A DNA stretch of 64,000 bases from Octopus sinensis (lineage: Eukaryota). The translations under genes were made by a program, and so were the position numbers. The stretch covers positions 170,624,001-170,688,000 of the forward strand of contig NC_042997.1 of the NCBI RefSeq assembly GCF_006345805.1. Direction: 5' to 3'. The notes under the pieces are model-generated. The model was not told the origin of the DNA. It did no database searches and saw nothing but the letters and a program-made list of their open reading frames with translations. Numbering within the stretch: the first letter of the stretch is position 1; each line of letters begins with the position of its first letter. Of this stretch, positions 23,490-36,571 are shown piece by piece.

Positions 23490-23885
23490 ATAATGATGAT
23501 GATGATGATGTTGAAGAGCATAATAATAATGATAATAATAATAATGATGATGATGAGGATGATGATGATGATGATGATGGTAGTGGTGGTTATGGCGTGC
23601 TCTGCTTCTCACTCCATAATCATAATAATGATGATGATGATGAAGATAGTAGTAGTCGTAGTAGTAGTAACAACAACATTAGCCACCACAGCAACAGTAA
23701 TATTAGTAGTAATAGCAGCAGCACCAGCAGTAGTATCAGCAGCAGCAGGAACAACAGTGGTAGTAGTAGTAGTAGTAGTAGTATAGTAGTAGTAGTAGTA
23801 GTAGTATAGTAGTAGTAGTAGTAACAGCAACAACAGTAGCAGCAATAGTAGTAGTAGTAACAGTACCAGCGGTAGTAGTAGTAGT

Positions 23886-23940
<55 letters not shown>

Positions 23941-23947
23941 ACAGCAG

Positions 23948-23985
<38 letters not shown>

Positions 23986-24012
23986 GTAATAGTAGTTGTA
24001 GTAGTAGTAATG
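23490..24012. repeat. Compound trinucleotide array (ATG/AAT/AGT/AGC)
   Basis: Direct reading. Confidence 0.95.
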
Positions 24013-24565
24013 CAATAGGAATTCAGCCAAAAAGAGAAAATCAGCCCATGTAGCTATTTTTTTCTTTTTTACCTTTTTTTTTTTGTGACTTACTACTGTC
24101 AATGGATTATTTTTAACCTTAGAAAACTATCATTAACTGTTCTGCTGTTAAAATAGGATATCGGAAGCATGTGTTATTATTGAAAGAATCCAGAAAAAAA
24201 TAAAAGTATAAAATCCAAAAATAAAAAACACATACGCTTGCTGAAGGCCCATTAATAAACCCTCTAATTAGCAATGGAATAGTGTGTTCAACGCGAAATA
24301 AGAATCTGTCAGAATAGTAGCAGTGTGGAAAATATAAATGCAAATTAATGGGCTGTTGTGAAAGTTGTGCCAGCAAATATCATTCAAAGATAATGGTGGT
24401 GGCGGTGGTGGCGATTGGGGTTGGGTGGAGGGTAGAGGGAGTGTACATGGAACTGGTCTTTGTCTTTTATTTAAAAGCTGTATTCTCAGAATTTCCATCC
24501 AATATCACATATATCAATACATGCATACATACACACATACAGGCATTCATCCATCCATCCATACA

Positions 24566-24644
<79 letters not shown>

Positions 24645-24679
24645 ATATATATATATATATGTACACATATATATATATA

Positions 24680-24832
24680 TCATCATCATCATCATCATCG
24701 TTTAACGTCCGTTTTCCATGCTAGCATGGGTTGGACGGTTCAACCGGGGTCTGGGAAGCCAGAAGGCTGCACCAGGCTCCAGTCTGATCTGGCAGTGTTT
24801 CTACGGCTGGATGCCCTTCCTAACGCCAACCA
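24680..24832 (-). mobile_element. RTE LINE 3' tail (family D)
   Basis: (CAT)n CGTTTAACGTCCG..GGATGCCCTTCCTAACGCCAACC. Confidence 0.9.
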
Positions 24833-24967
24833 CATATATGTATGTATACACACACACACACACATACATATGGCAGCACAAATATGATGGCTGTAAGCTA
24901 CTTATGTGGTATGGAAGAGCAAAATTTGGATTATCAAGGTGCATACTGACAAAACGTTTATTGAGTA

Positions 24968-25337
24968 CTAGCAGTATCGCCCGGCGTTGCTCGGGTTTGT
25001 AAGGGAAATAACTATAAAAGCATTTTTAGAGATGTAAAGTATAATAGCCATCTCAATATGGCTAACCACAAAGGAGGGGGGGTGTTACTGTAGCTTTTTA
25101 CGTTCTGAGATTTAATAATAAATGCCAAAAATGCATTAACAATGGGAAAAATTGATGGTAAATTTTTTTTAAAATCGTAGACTCATCGTAGATGCGCGCT
25201 AATACCCAGAAGGGCTCGATATGAATCATGGCTATAAGATACCCGGTTTTGGTTAAACTACACCGCAAAATGTGGGAGTAGTTAGGAATCTAAATCGTAG
25301 GAGACAGACAGCACACAACCTCATTTTTATATAAAGA
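24968..25337 (-). mobile_element. Non-autonomous Helitron (370 bp)
   Basis: Minus strand starts TC (25337) and ends CTAG (24968), inserted between A and T, with GC-rich hairpin CCCGAGCAACGCCGGG just before the 3' end. Confidence 0.8.
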
Positions 25338-25503
25338 TGATTCTACTTTCTTATCTTGGTACATTGCATTAAATATGGATACAAACACAACCTTCTCTGA
25401 TTAAAATTAAACTGTTGTGGTTGACACTGCAGCTGCTGTTGCAGTTATTATTATTGTTGTTGCTATATTATTATTATTATTACTATTATAATTATTATTA
25501 TCA

Positions 25504-25772
25504 TTATTATTATTGCTTTTGCACAGCTTCTAATGCTGGAGATGTACTACGGTGTTAGCTGTTCACCACCAGTGAACTAAGGTAACACCTCTTACTTTTC
25601 GAGCACCTTCCGGACTAATCAAGCGGTCCCAAGCAGTGCTGTTTTCTTTAAGTGCTCTACCCTTATTGCAGCCCCTATTTGTTCCATATTCTTCTCAAGA
25701 TTTTTACTCACTGTTCCCAGTGCTCCAACATTTATTGGTACTACTATCACCTTTTTCATCGACCACAACTGC
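25504..25772 (-). pseudogene. R4/Dong-like (RLE) LINE C-terminus and 3' UTR
   Basis: LWSMKKVIVVPINVGALGTVSKNLEK..LKKTALLGTA; ends in (AAT)n. Confidence 0.8.
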
Positions 25773-25792
25773 TTATTATTATTATTATTACT

Positions 25793-26470
25793 AAGGTAGT
25801 AAGATGGCAGAATTGTTAAAGGTGGTAAGCTGGCAGAAACATTAGCACGCTGAGCAAAATGCTTAGCGATATTTCGTCTGCCATTACGTTCTGAGTTCAA
25901 ATTCCGCCGAGGTCGACTTTGCCTTTCATCCTTTCGGGGTCAATAAATTAAGTACCAGTTAAGCCCTGGGGTCGATGTAATTGACTTAGTCCCTTTGTCT
26001 GTCCTTATTTGTTCCCTCTATGTTTAGCCTCTTGTGGGCAATAAAGAAATAAGAATTGTTAACAGGCCAGGCAAAATTTTTAGTGGCATTTCTTCTGTTT
26101 TTACATTCTGGGTTCAAATTCCACCAAGGTTGACTTTGTATTTCATCCTTTTGGGGTTCATAAGTACCAGTGAAATAATGGGGTTGATGTAACTCTCCCC
26201 AAAAATTCCAGGCCTTGTACTTATAGTAGAAAGGATTATCATTATTATTATTAAGGCAGTGAGCTGGCAGAATCGTTAGAAGGCTGGGCAAAATGATTAG
26301 CATAATTTCATCTGTCTTTGTGTCCTAAGTTCGAATTACACTGAGGTTGACTTTGCCTTTTATCTTTTCAGAGTTGTTAAATTATGTACCAGTTATGCAC
26401 TGAGGTCGATGGGATTAATTTACCCCTCCCCACAAATTTCAGGACTTGTGCCTATAGTAGAAAGGATTAT
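25793..26470 (+). mobile_element. Three consecutive SINE family A copies in (ATT)n
   Basis: Three head-to-tail A-box/B-box/central-domain units starting near 25793, 26051 and 26253. Confidence 0.85.
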
Positions 26471-26603
26471 TATTATTAATATTCGGTAGTCTTATTTTTA
26501 TCATGTGCTTTCACTGCACTACCAAGTGCTGCTCTTTGTGCCTTGGGTACTCTTATTTTCACTGTATTGAAAGTGTTTTATGTAGGATGTGTGCAGTGCC
26601 TTA

Positions 26604-26638
<35 letters not shown>

Positions 26639-26677
26639 CTTCTTCTTCTTCTTCTTCTTCTTCTTCTTCTTCTTCTT

Positions 26678-26737
<60 letters not shown>

Positions 26738-26740
26738 TAG
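26604..26740. repeat. (CGT)n(CTT)n(ATT)n compound microsatellite
   Basis: Direct reading. Confidence 0.95.
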
Positions 26741-26825
26741 TAGTCTTATTTTTATCAAGTGCTTTCACTACACAACCGAGCACATCTCTGTGTGCCTTAT
26801 TATTATTATTATTATTATTTTATGT

Positions 26826-27248
26826 TTGAATTTTTGCTTTACATTTGTACAAGTTGGCTCCAAGTCTCACCCAGAGACCTCAAGAGACAACAAGTTAGAA
26901 GTTCATATTGGTGTTATGCCTAGGGTGCCATATATTTGGTTTTGTACATAGTGTTATTCTAGAGAATGTTTAAGAAACCATAAGAAAATTGTGTTTGTTG
27001 TAAAGCTTGAGATTATATAGAAAGTATTTTGTGCAGGATATGGGCAGTTCCTATGAGCACTATCTTTTGAATTTCTGCCATTTTGGGGTTTCCTGGTATC
27101 TGAGCTAGGTAGCAATCAGCCCCTTTTGCTATCATTCCCAGGGCACCTATGACAACAGGTATTGTTTTAGTCTTCAGGTTCCACATTTTGCTAATTTCTA
27201 TTTCAAGATCTTTATACTTGCTCAGTTTTTCTCAGTTTTTGGTAGGTC

Positions 27249-27250
<2 letters not shown>
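26826..27250 (-). pseudogene. R4/Dong-like LINE C-terminus and 3' UTR
   Basis: KYKDLEIEISKMWNLKTKTIPVVIGALGMIAKGAD..IQKIVLIGTAHILHKILS*. Confidence 0.85.
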
Positions 27251-27311
<61 letters not shown>

Positions 27312-27312
<1 letters not shown>

Positions 27313-27860
27313 GTGAGAGAGCAGTGTATGCCATCAAAGTGACAATGGGGTAAAATATACAAAGCCCAGTTTACCCATCATGACTACCCATCTGATAAGG
27401 GTACACCAGGCACATGCATCACAGCCATGTGTGCACGACATGATGATCTCATATCAAGATAAACAGCGCATGACCTTGCAGGTGGGGCCCAGTTAGTATT
27501 TTCTTCTGGTCGAGTAGCCCATCCCACTCAAAAGGTCCCTAAATATGGGTTGTTTAAGGATGTTGAACGAAACAGCCAGGTTTCCAAAGGTGGATTATCC
27601 AAACCCCAAAGAATTCCTCTCAACACATGGCTATGATGCTCCCCCACTACTTCTGCTCATGATAAGAGATGTACATATCGTTAGCCACTGAGGGACTTAC
27701 TCAACTGGTCATGGTCAAGCAACTTGACAAGCAAATCTGTAGTATTGAGCAGAATATTTGCTGTAGCCCATCTTTTATACTTAGACAAAACAATGTACAC
27801 CTCCAATCACTTAAGATAAGAAGCCATGAGAGTCGCTGCCTGGTACTGCATCAAGGCATT
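27312..27860 (-). mobile_element. Family F ~550-bp non-coding retroelement flanked by (AAT)n
   Basis: Reverse complement of 35054-35586 (diverged). Confidence 0.75.
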
Positions 27861-27862
27861 TA

Positions 27863-27914
<52 letters not shown>

Positions 27915-27947
27915 CATTATTATTATTATCATCATCGTCATTATTAT

Positions 27948-28173
27948 TAAGGTGGTGGGTTGGCAGAATTGCTAGCACAGTGGATAAAATGTTTAGTGAC
28001 ATTTCTTTTGTCTCTATGTTCTGAGTTCAAATTCTGTAAAGGTTGGCTTTGCCTTTCATCCTTTTGGAGTTGATAAAATAACTTCCAGTTGAGCACTGGG
28101 ATCAATGTAATTGACTTAACCCCTCCCACAATATTGCAGGCCTTGTGCCAAAATTTTAAACATTTATTATTAC

Positions 28174-28214
<41 letters not shown>

Positions 28215-28435
28215 TTGAAAGGTGGAAAGCTCGCAGGACTATTAGCACACTAGATAAAATGCTTAGTGACATTTCATCTGTCTATGTTCTGAGTTCCAAT
28301 TCTGCTAAAGTTGGCTTTGTCTTTCAATCATTTCAGAGTCAATAAAATACGTACCAACCAAGTACTGGTGTTAATGTAATCAACTAGTCCCCTTCACCCC
28401 TAATTTCAGGCCTCTTGCCTATAGTAGAAAGTATT
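27948..28435 (+). mobile_element. Two SINE family A copies in (ATT)n
   Basis: Heads near 27948 and 28219 with central domain. Confidence 0.8.
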
Positions 28436-28516
28436 ATTATTATTATATTTGAATCTTACACTGTGAAGACTCCCTTTGAAATATGATCATTTCAAATTTT
28501 ACCAAATTTGTTTAAC

Positions 28517-28912
28517 ATCATCATCATCATCGTTTAACGTCCGCTTTCCATGCTAGCATGGGTTGGACAGTTCAACTGGGGTCTGGGAAGCCTGAAGGCT
28601 GCACCAGGCCAGTCAGATCTGGCAGTGTTTCTACAGCTGGATGCCCTTCCTAATGCCAACCACTCCGTGAGTGTAGTGGGTGCTTTTTATGTGCCGCCGA
28701 CACAGGTGCCAGACGAGGCTGGCGAACGGCCACGCTCGGATGGTGTATTTTATGTGCCATGGACACAGGTGCCAGACGAGGCTGGCGAACGGCCACGCTC
28801 GGATGGTGTTTTTTACGTGCCACCGGCACAGAGGCTAGGCGAGGCTGGCACAGCCATGATCGGATGGTGTTTGTTACATGCCACCAGCACGGAGGCCAGT
28901 CGATGTGGTACA
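28517..28912 (-). mobile_element. RTE LINE 3' UTR with 57-bp subrepeats
   Basis: Same subrepeat as 3640-4093. Confidence 0.9.
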
Positions 28913-28929
28913 AAAATTTTATCTACAGG

Positions 28930-29335
28930 CCCGGGCATGGCTGTGTGGTAAGAAGCTTGCTTTTTCTAACCACATAGTTCCGGGTTAAGTCCCACTGCAT
29001 GACACCTTAGGTGAGTGTCTTCTACTATAGCCTCGGGCTGACCAAAGCCTTGTGAGTGGATTTGGTTGACAGAAACTGAAAGAAGCCTGTTGTATATATG
29101 TGTATATACGTATGTGTAGCTGTGTTTGTCCCCCATCACTACTTGATAACCGGTGTTGGTGTGTTGACATCCCCATAACTTAACAGTTTGGTAAGGGAGA
29201 CTGACGGAATAAGTACCAGGCTGAAAAAAGTACTGGGATTGATACATTCAACTGAAAGTTCTTTAAGGTGGTGCCCCAGCATGGCCACAGTCTAATAACT
29301 GAAACATGTAAAAGATGAAAGATAAAAGATACATT
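28930..29335 (+). mobile_element. SINE family B
   Basis: Head, CORE-like motif and tail present. Confidence 0.85.
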
Positions 29336-31396
29336 AGATTTTCACATCAAAAACAGATACCACACATAATTTTATCATATGGGAATGCACTACACTAGCT
29401 ATTAGAAATACAAAAATCAAAATATATGACTAAATGTACAAAAGGAAGAAAAAACTAATCAGTTCAGTGAACATTTGATAGAAGAAAATATTCCAAATAC
29501 TCAAATAAGTAAGTTGGAAGATAGTGACAGTAATAGACTCAACAACAGCAGTAACTCTTATACAATTCCAAATATTACAGTCTGTTCGTACATATCAGCT
29601 GTATGGATCTTTCATAGTTATAAGAAAAATAAAAATGTAAATTGGAGAATTTTGTAAAAACCTAGCAAAATTTCATTGTCACAGGAGATAATCCATGAGA
29701 AAGTGAAAAAGAAAATTATATAACTCTGCTTCTGAAAAAATAGAAATGGATTAAATTTCCTTTCCTATCAAGTAATACTACAATTCCTTGTGCACATATT
29801 GGGAGAACTTACTGCAACTGAAAAGGATGAAAGAATTGGCACAATTTGCTGTACCCTTGAAACTGAAAAATTCAGCCATAATACAGGCTTGAATTGTTAG
29901 GCATACCTCTAACTATACAAGATCAAAGAAACACAAGAGTTAAAGCAAGAAATACTGCTTTGATTTCTCACTAATAGGGAAATATCTCACTAATAGGGAC
30001 TTTTGTGTTGCAGTATGAAAGATTTGTCAAAGCAGGCTGAAGGAAAGGTGACCAAAAGTTGGGGTGGAGGTATCAAAATGGATTTGTGAGTTCTAATGAC
30101 CTTTGAAAGACACTGGCCCTACTAGAACTGTGCCCAGTAGATGGTACTGAGACAAGGGATGTGAGATTGATGATGCAGGGTAGAAAGCTTAGTTCTTACA
30201 TTTGTTAGAATAAAACATACATTAGAGCTGAATGCATGAAAGAACTAGAAAGATTAAGCAAAAACGAACGAAAAGGAAAATAAAAAAACAAACAAATTCA
30301 ACAACAACAAAAAGAACAACAAACTTCTGTTTCATGAAAACCACCAGCCAAAACACAGGGAATAGCAGGGCAGCATGAAGCTTTGTCAGTGAACAGGTGG
30401 CGTTCTGAAAGCGACGAAAATATTTTGACAAATTAAATTTAAATGTTGAAGCGAATCTAATGGTTTTGTGTGTTTCTTAAATGGCTTATAAACAACTTCC
30501 ATGCTGCAATTGTTTTCGTTCCAGCACACGATCTCAGATCAAGTCACTCGCTATGCAAGTACATCTCTGTAATATCTTTAGGTCGAATGTCACAAATGAT
30601 TGAACAAATACACCGTCCTCTAATAATACCAATCTCACACACTACAGGAAGAAATAATGTCAATAAAAATATGAAGAGAAAAATGGGGGAAAAATAATCA
30701 CAGGGAAAGATTTGATATTAGATAAAGATTACAGGTGAGGATGAGCAATTTCTAAATGACAACGAAGTCCCTTTTGAGGAAAGCAGCAAAAAAAGTGGGG
30801 GGCTAAGAAAAAAGATGAACTACAATACACCATTTTCCACAAGTCAAGCAAGTAATTAATAGATAAAATTATGCATATATTAATAGATAAAATTATGCCA
30901 TATATTCTCTGTAGATGTTGTAATGACATGAAAAAGTTAGGTCCAGCATATAAACAACTTGCAAAAGATAGATTGGTAGTAAAATTAAAATCAAGATATT
31001 ATAGTGGATTTAAAAAAGGACAGCCTCAACATGTTGGTGCTTTTCAATATCAAATGTCTCAAAAAATGCTCACTGATGTATTTGGTTGCACTTGAACACA
31101 ATTTGAGAAATGGTTAAATGAATAGGGTCATGCTGTATTCAACTCAATCAAACCAGAAAATCTTCATGTGTAATTTTAAAAAATGATATCTTGCCTTGCT
31201 TTATATATTGTGTATGTTATTGTATTTTTTATTCTTTTACTTGTTTCAGTCACTGGACTGTGGCCTTGGTGGTGCACCACCTTGTTATTCATTTTTCATA
31301 CAAATATGTGCGCATGCATACATATGCATTTATGTATACATATGTGTGCATCTGCATGTGTACGTGTGTGGACCTTTAAAATTCTTAATATGTCCT

Positions 31397-31550
31397 TGGC
31401 GTTAGGAAGGGCATCCAGCTGTAGAAACATTGCCAAATTAGACTGGAGCCTGGTGCAGCCTTCTGGCTTCCCAGAACCCCGGTCGAACCGTCCAACCCAT
31501 GCTAGCATGGAGAACGGACGTTAAACGACGATGATGATGACGATGATGAT
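31397..31550 (+). mobile_element. RTE LINE 3' tail (family D)
   Basis: GGCGTTAGGAAGGGCATCC..GGACGTTAAAC(GAT)n. Confidence 0.9.
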
Positions 31551-31649
31551 ATGTTGTATAAAATCTCTTACTTCATCTCTTTGTATTTGCAAAGGGGGTT
31601 TTTTGTAACCCTTTGCTATCTTTTCTTTCTTTATAAACTTCTTGAGAAA

Positions 31650-32085
31650 TTTTGTGTCCTTTGCTTCCTTTTGAGCTCTTTTCACTAATATGTGTCCTTA
31701 GTGAAAATATTATTATTTCTTTTATTATACTTAGTGAAAATGTTATCGTTATTTATTTTATTAAACCTATTACATACTACTTAGCAAGGATGTTATCTTT
31801 AGGTTTCCTGACAAGTTTCCTCATCCACGTGGGGACTGTACCTTTCTGGACACACTCATTCAATGCACTGCATGTCATCTCTTCAGCCAGAAGCCATGAA
31901 TCCCATCTGGTCCAGGGGCTTTCAAGTCAGGCACTTTACCCACTTGCTCTTTCACGACATGCTTATGACAATATTTCTTTGTTTCTTTCTTCCTTGTAAT
32001 TCTGTTTTGATAGTTCCTACCCACATTGCATCCCTTATATGCACCACATTGCTTCCCCATAATCCACTCCTTGTTATTATTATCA
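31650..32085 (-). pseudogene. R4/Dong-like RT N-terminal fragment
   Basis: KEQVGKVPDLKAPGPDGIHGFWLKR matches the KAPGPD..FW.K motif; adjacent to (ATT)n. Confidence 0.75.
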
Positions 32086-32182
<97 letters not shown>

Positions 32183-32211
32183 TATTATTATTATTATTGA
32201 TATTATTATAG

Positions 32212-32372
32212 GTGTAGAAGTGGCTGTGTGGTAAGTAGCTTACTTACCAACCACATGGTTCCGGGTTCAGTCCCACTGCGTGGCACCTTGGGCAAGTGTT
32301 TTCTACTATAGCCTTGGGCCGACTAAAGCCTTGTGAGTGGATTTGGTAGACGGAAACTGAAAGAAGCCCGTC

Positions 32373-32416
<44 letters not shown>

Positions 32417-32640
32417 ATATATATGTATGTGTTTATGTTTGTGTGCCTGTGTTTGTCTCCCTAGCATCGCTTGACAACTGATGCTGGTGTGTTTACGTCC
32501 CCGTAACTTAGCGGTTCGGCCAAAGAGACTGATAGAGACTTACAAAGAATAAGTCCTGGGGTCTATTTGCTCGACTAAAGGCAGTGCTCCAGCATGGCCA
32601 CAGTCAAATGACTGAAACAAGTAAAAGAGTAAAAGAGAGT
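32212..32640 (+). mobile_element. SINE family B, full length
   Basis: Complete head/CORE/tail. Confidence 0.9.
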
Positions 32641-33422
32641 AATTATTTCATAAGTCTCATTTTTTCTCAGTGCTTTCAATATACAGACAAGTGCAGTTCC
32701 GTGTGTTTTGAGCAGCTGTAGCACTTTGCATTTCAAATGTTCTTGTATTGTATTGTAAGAACTCTATGGAATATGTATGTGTGTGTGTGTGTTTGTATGC
32801 ATGTGTGCAGTCTTTAATAATGTTATTTACTCGATGTTCTCAGAGACTGCATACTTTAAGATTTCGTACACATATTTGTCTACCTGTATATGTGCATGTG
32901 TGTATCCATATGTGTGTATGTATGTGTGATGAGTGTGCACATGCGCACACACACACACACACACACACACAAATATATATATATTATACATTATACATAC
33001 ATATATATATATATATATATTGATAACAACGGTATGATAACAAAAGAAAGAAAGAGACCTCGATATTATATAAATAGAGGAATTTATCTGTAAAATTTAT
33101 ATATATATATATATGAAAATAAATATATATATATAAATATATGTAAAATTTATATATATATATATAAAGATTTATATATATATACATACAAATATATATA
33201 TATATATATTTATACATAGCTACGTACACACACATATATGAATTTATATACACACATATATACATATATATGTATACATACATACATACATACATACATA
33301 CATACATACATACATACATGCATGCATGCATACATACATACATACATACATACATACATACATACATACATACATACATGCATGCATGCATGCATACATA
33401 CATACATACATACATACATACA

Positions 33423-33453
<31 letters not shown>

Positions 33454-33934
33454 GTACATACATGTGTGTGTGTGTGTGTGTATGCTCCTGTTTTTAATTA
33501 CCATCAAGATACCTATCATTAGTGGGATTCTTGCAGTTTTTTTTTCTATTTTCACATTGTTATCTCTGTCTCCAGATATTATATTTGAATAGTTTCAACA
33601 ATTCTTTCAGACATATATTGTCATCAGTTGCAACTGATACATTGATTAGAAGACAATTTTTATTTATTTATTTATATTTACTAATGCTGTTTGACACTAA
33701 TATCTGAACAATTTTCCTTAATCGTTTTGTCTGTCTGCTTGAAATGGCATATTCCAGACAATGGTCAGAGTACACCATTTTTGTTTTGTTCTGAACATTT
33801 AGAGACACAGGCATGATTGAATGGTTCCAAACAGTCAAGGACAAACTGCAGTTTGCGTGACTTTCTCAATGGTATGCCAGTGAAAAATTAGCTCAACTTT
33901 TTTTAGTAATACTATCTATCGCTTTTCTCTTTTC

Positions 33935-34266
33935 TCTTTTACTTATTTCAGTCATTTTGACTGTAGCCATGCTGGAGCACCACCTTTAGTCGAGCAAATC
34001 GACCCCAGGACTTAGGACTTATTCATTGTAAGCCTAGTACTTATTCTATTGGTCTCTTTTGCCGAAACGCTAAGTTACGGGGACGTAAACACACCAGCAT
34101 CAGTTATCAAGCGATGTTGGGGGGACAAACACAGACACACCAACATATACACACACACATACATATATATACATATATACGATGGGCTTCTTTCAGTTTC
34201 TGTCTCCCAAATCCACTCACAAGGCTTTGGTCGACCCGAGGCTATAGTAGAAGACACTTGCCAAGG
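33935..34266 (-). mobile_element. SINE family B, 5'-truncated
   Basis: Reverse complement of family B from the CORE-like motif to the tail. Confidence 0.85.
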
Positions 34267-34559
34267 TCTGATGATGAGTCTTGCCTCATATGGCCTGCTT
34301 CTCAAAAAAAAAAAAAAAAAAAGAGTCTCCCAAACACATGCTTTCTGGTTCAGTCTCACTGCTTGGCACAATGGGTAAGTCTGAAATTTTGGGAGAACAG
34401 GTAAGTTGATTTCATTGTTTTCTGTCGTCAACTGGTACTTATTTTATTGAGCCTAAAAGGATGAAAGGTAAAGTGACCTCAGAATGTATAAATGGATGAA
34501 ATGTTGTGAAGTGTTTTGTCTGGCACACTAATGATTCTACCAGCTTGCTGCCTTACAAG

Positions 34560-34854
34560 AATAATAATGGCAAGGTTGAGAAATATGAACAAGTATGGAA
34601 GATAAGACATTTGTGGGCAATGGAAAAGGTTAAGGTGGCCCCAGTTGCTGTCAGAGTGCTTGGTATTGCGAGTACCAGAATGAAAACAATTTCTAAAACA
34701 TTGGGGACAACATCAGGGTGAGGTACTTGCAGAAAACAACACCCCTTGGAATTGCAAGAATACTTAGAAAAGTGCTTGACCATTGAAGGTGCCACAGGTT
34801 ATGGACAATTGGCAGTGATATTACACCACCAGTAACAAATGCTGTACAATAAGG

Positions 34855-34855
<1 letters not shown>
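34560..34855 (+). pseudogene. R4/Dong-like LINE C-terminus, followed by (TAA)n
   Basis: KVEKYEQVWKIRHLWAMEKVKVAPVAVRVLG.. frameshift ..LQKTTPLGIARILRKVLDH*. Confidence 0.75.
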
Positions 34856-34938
<83 letters not shown>

Positions 34939-34966
34939 TAATAATAATAATAATAACAATATAATA

Positions 34967-35586
34967 CCCTGATGCAGTACCAGGCAGTGGCAATGCCCTG
35001 ATGCAGTAGCAGGCAGTAACTATACCCTGATGCAGTGCCAGGCAGTGGCTATGCCCTGATGCAGTTCCAAGCAGTGGCTCTCATGGCTTCTGATCTTAAC
35101 TGATTAGAAGTGTTATCATGTACATTGTTTTGTCTTGGTATAAAAGATGGGCTACAGCAAATATTCGGCTCAATACCACAGATTTGCTTGTCAGTTGTTT
35201 GACCATAACCAGTTGAGCATGTCCCTTAGTGGCTGACGATATGTGCATCTCTGATCACGAGCATAGCCATGTGTTGAGAGGGATTATTTGGGGTTTAAAT
35301 AATTCACCTCTGGAAACATGGGTGTTTCATTTAACATCCTTAAATAACCCTTATTCAAGGACCTTTTGAGTGGGATGGGTTACTCGACCAGAAGAAAATT
35401 CTAACTGGGCTCCACCTGCAAGGTCATGTGCTGTTTATCTTCATATGAGATCACCATATCATGCACATATGGTTGTGATGCATGTGCCTAGTGTACCCTT
35501 ATCAGACGGGTAGTCATGATGGGTATACTGGGCTTCGTATATTTTACCCCAGTGTCACTTTGATGGCATGCACTGCTCTCTCACTC
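34967..35586 (+). mobile_element. Family F element with fourfold 29-bp 5'-end iteration
   Basis: CCCTGATGCAGT.. units at 34967, 34996, 35025, 35054; body matches 27312-27860; (AAT)n tail. Confidence 0.8.
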
Positions 35587-35621
35587 AATAATAATAATAA
35601 TAATTATTATAATTATAATAA

Positions 35622-35765
35622 CCTCAGAAAATAGAAAGATATGCTGATTGAAATGGAAAAGATGTGGCATCTTAAAAGGGTTACAATACCAGTGATTGCA
35701 GGAGCAGTTGGAATAATCAAAAATGGAACTGAAAATTATTTGAGGATGATCCCTGGCTTTTACCA
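35622..35765 (+). pseudogene. R4/Dong-like LINE C-terminal fragment
   Basis: DMLIEMEKMWHLKRVTIPVIAGAVGIIKNGTENYLRMIPG. Confidence 0.7.
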
Positions 35766-36044
35766 TCCATGGTATGTCACACATATTGAGAAGAGCATAG
35801 TTGCTGTGAATTTTCTTTCTTTTTCCCCCCTTATTTTCTTTATTTTCTTTTATCTTTCATTTTTTCTTTTTCTTCTTTCCTTTTTCTTTCTGTCTCCCCC
35901 CCCCCATTTTTCTATCATATGACTTTGTAAGTGAACAATCTGGTGTGTTTATTTTAATGGCCTACCTATGTATACAGTGAGCTTCTTTGCCCTAGGTGTC
36001 AGGAAGACACTCAGCAAGAAATGGAAACAAAATTGAGAGACGAA

Positions 36045-36077
<33 letters not shown>

Positions 36078-36086
36078 AATAATAAC

Positions 36087-36141
<55 letters not shown>

Positions 36142-36571
36142 GTAAAAGAATACTTTTGAATTTAGGCCTGAGGGTTCAAAGCTAATGTTCTGCGGAACAA
36201 TGGTTAAAATAGTAACAACCACAAACAAGAGTGGCTGCAATAATATGACTGGTAACAACTGCAACAATAATATCAACAACAGTAGTAGCAGCAACAAGGG
36301 AGAACCTTCTATGTATTTACTTGACTTGGATAAATAGCAGTAAAATTTCTTAGAATCATCAAAGTTTTATTTATTATGATACGCTACTGTCTTAAAAGTA
36401 AAAAAAAAAAAGATACAGCAGCTTCTATAGTCTAGGGGTACATACACTACACTTGAACAAAAAGATGGATGGTCACATTTGGAGCATCTTTGACCATATA
36501 TATACTTGATTAGGTCTGACCTAGAGCTAGACAACAATGATGTGAACACAGGGAAAGCTTTTATGCTCTCA

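Noticed and set aside
27800-27860. U2 snRNA-like similarity at the family F end
   Set aside because: Only two short patches resemble U2 (ATCAGTT.., CCTGGTA.TGCA); there is no branch-point recognition region or Sm site.
30733-30790. C2H2-like FPQKGLRCHLEIAH
   Set aside because: No properly spaced CxxC, single occurrence, weak donor.
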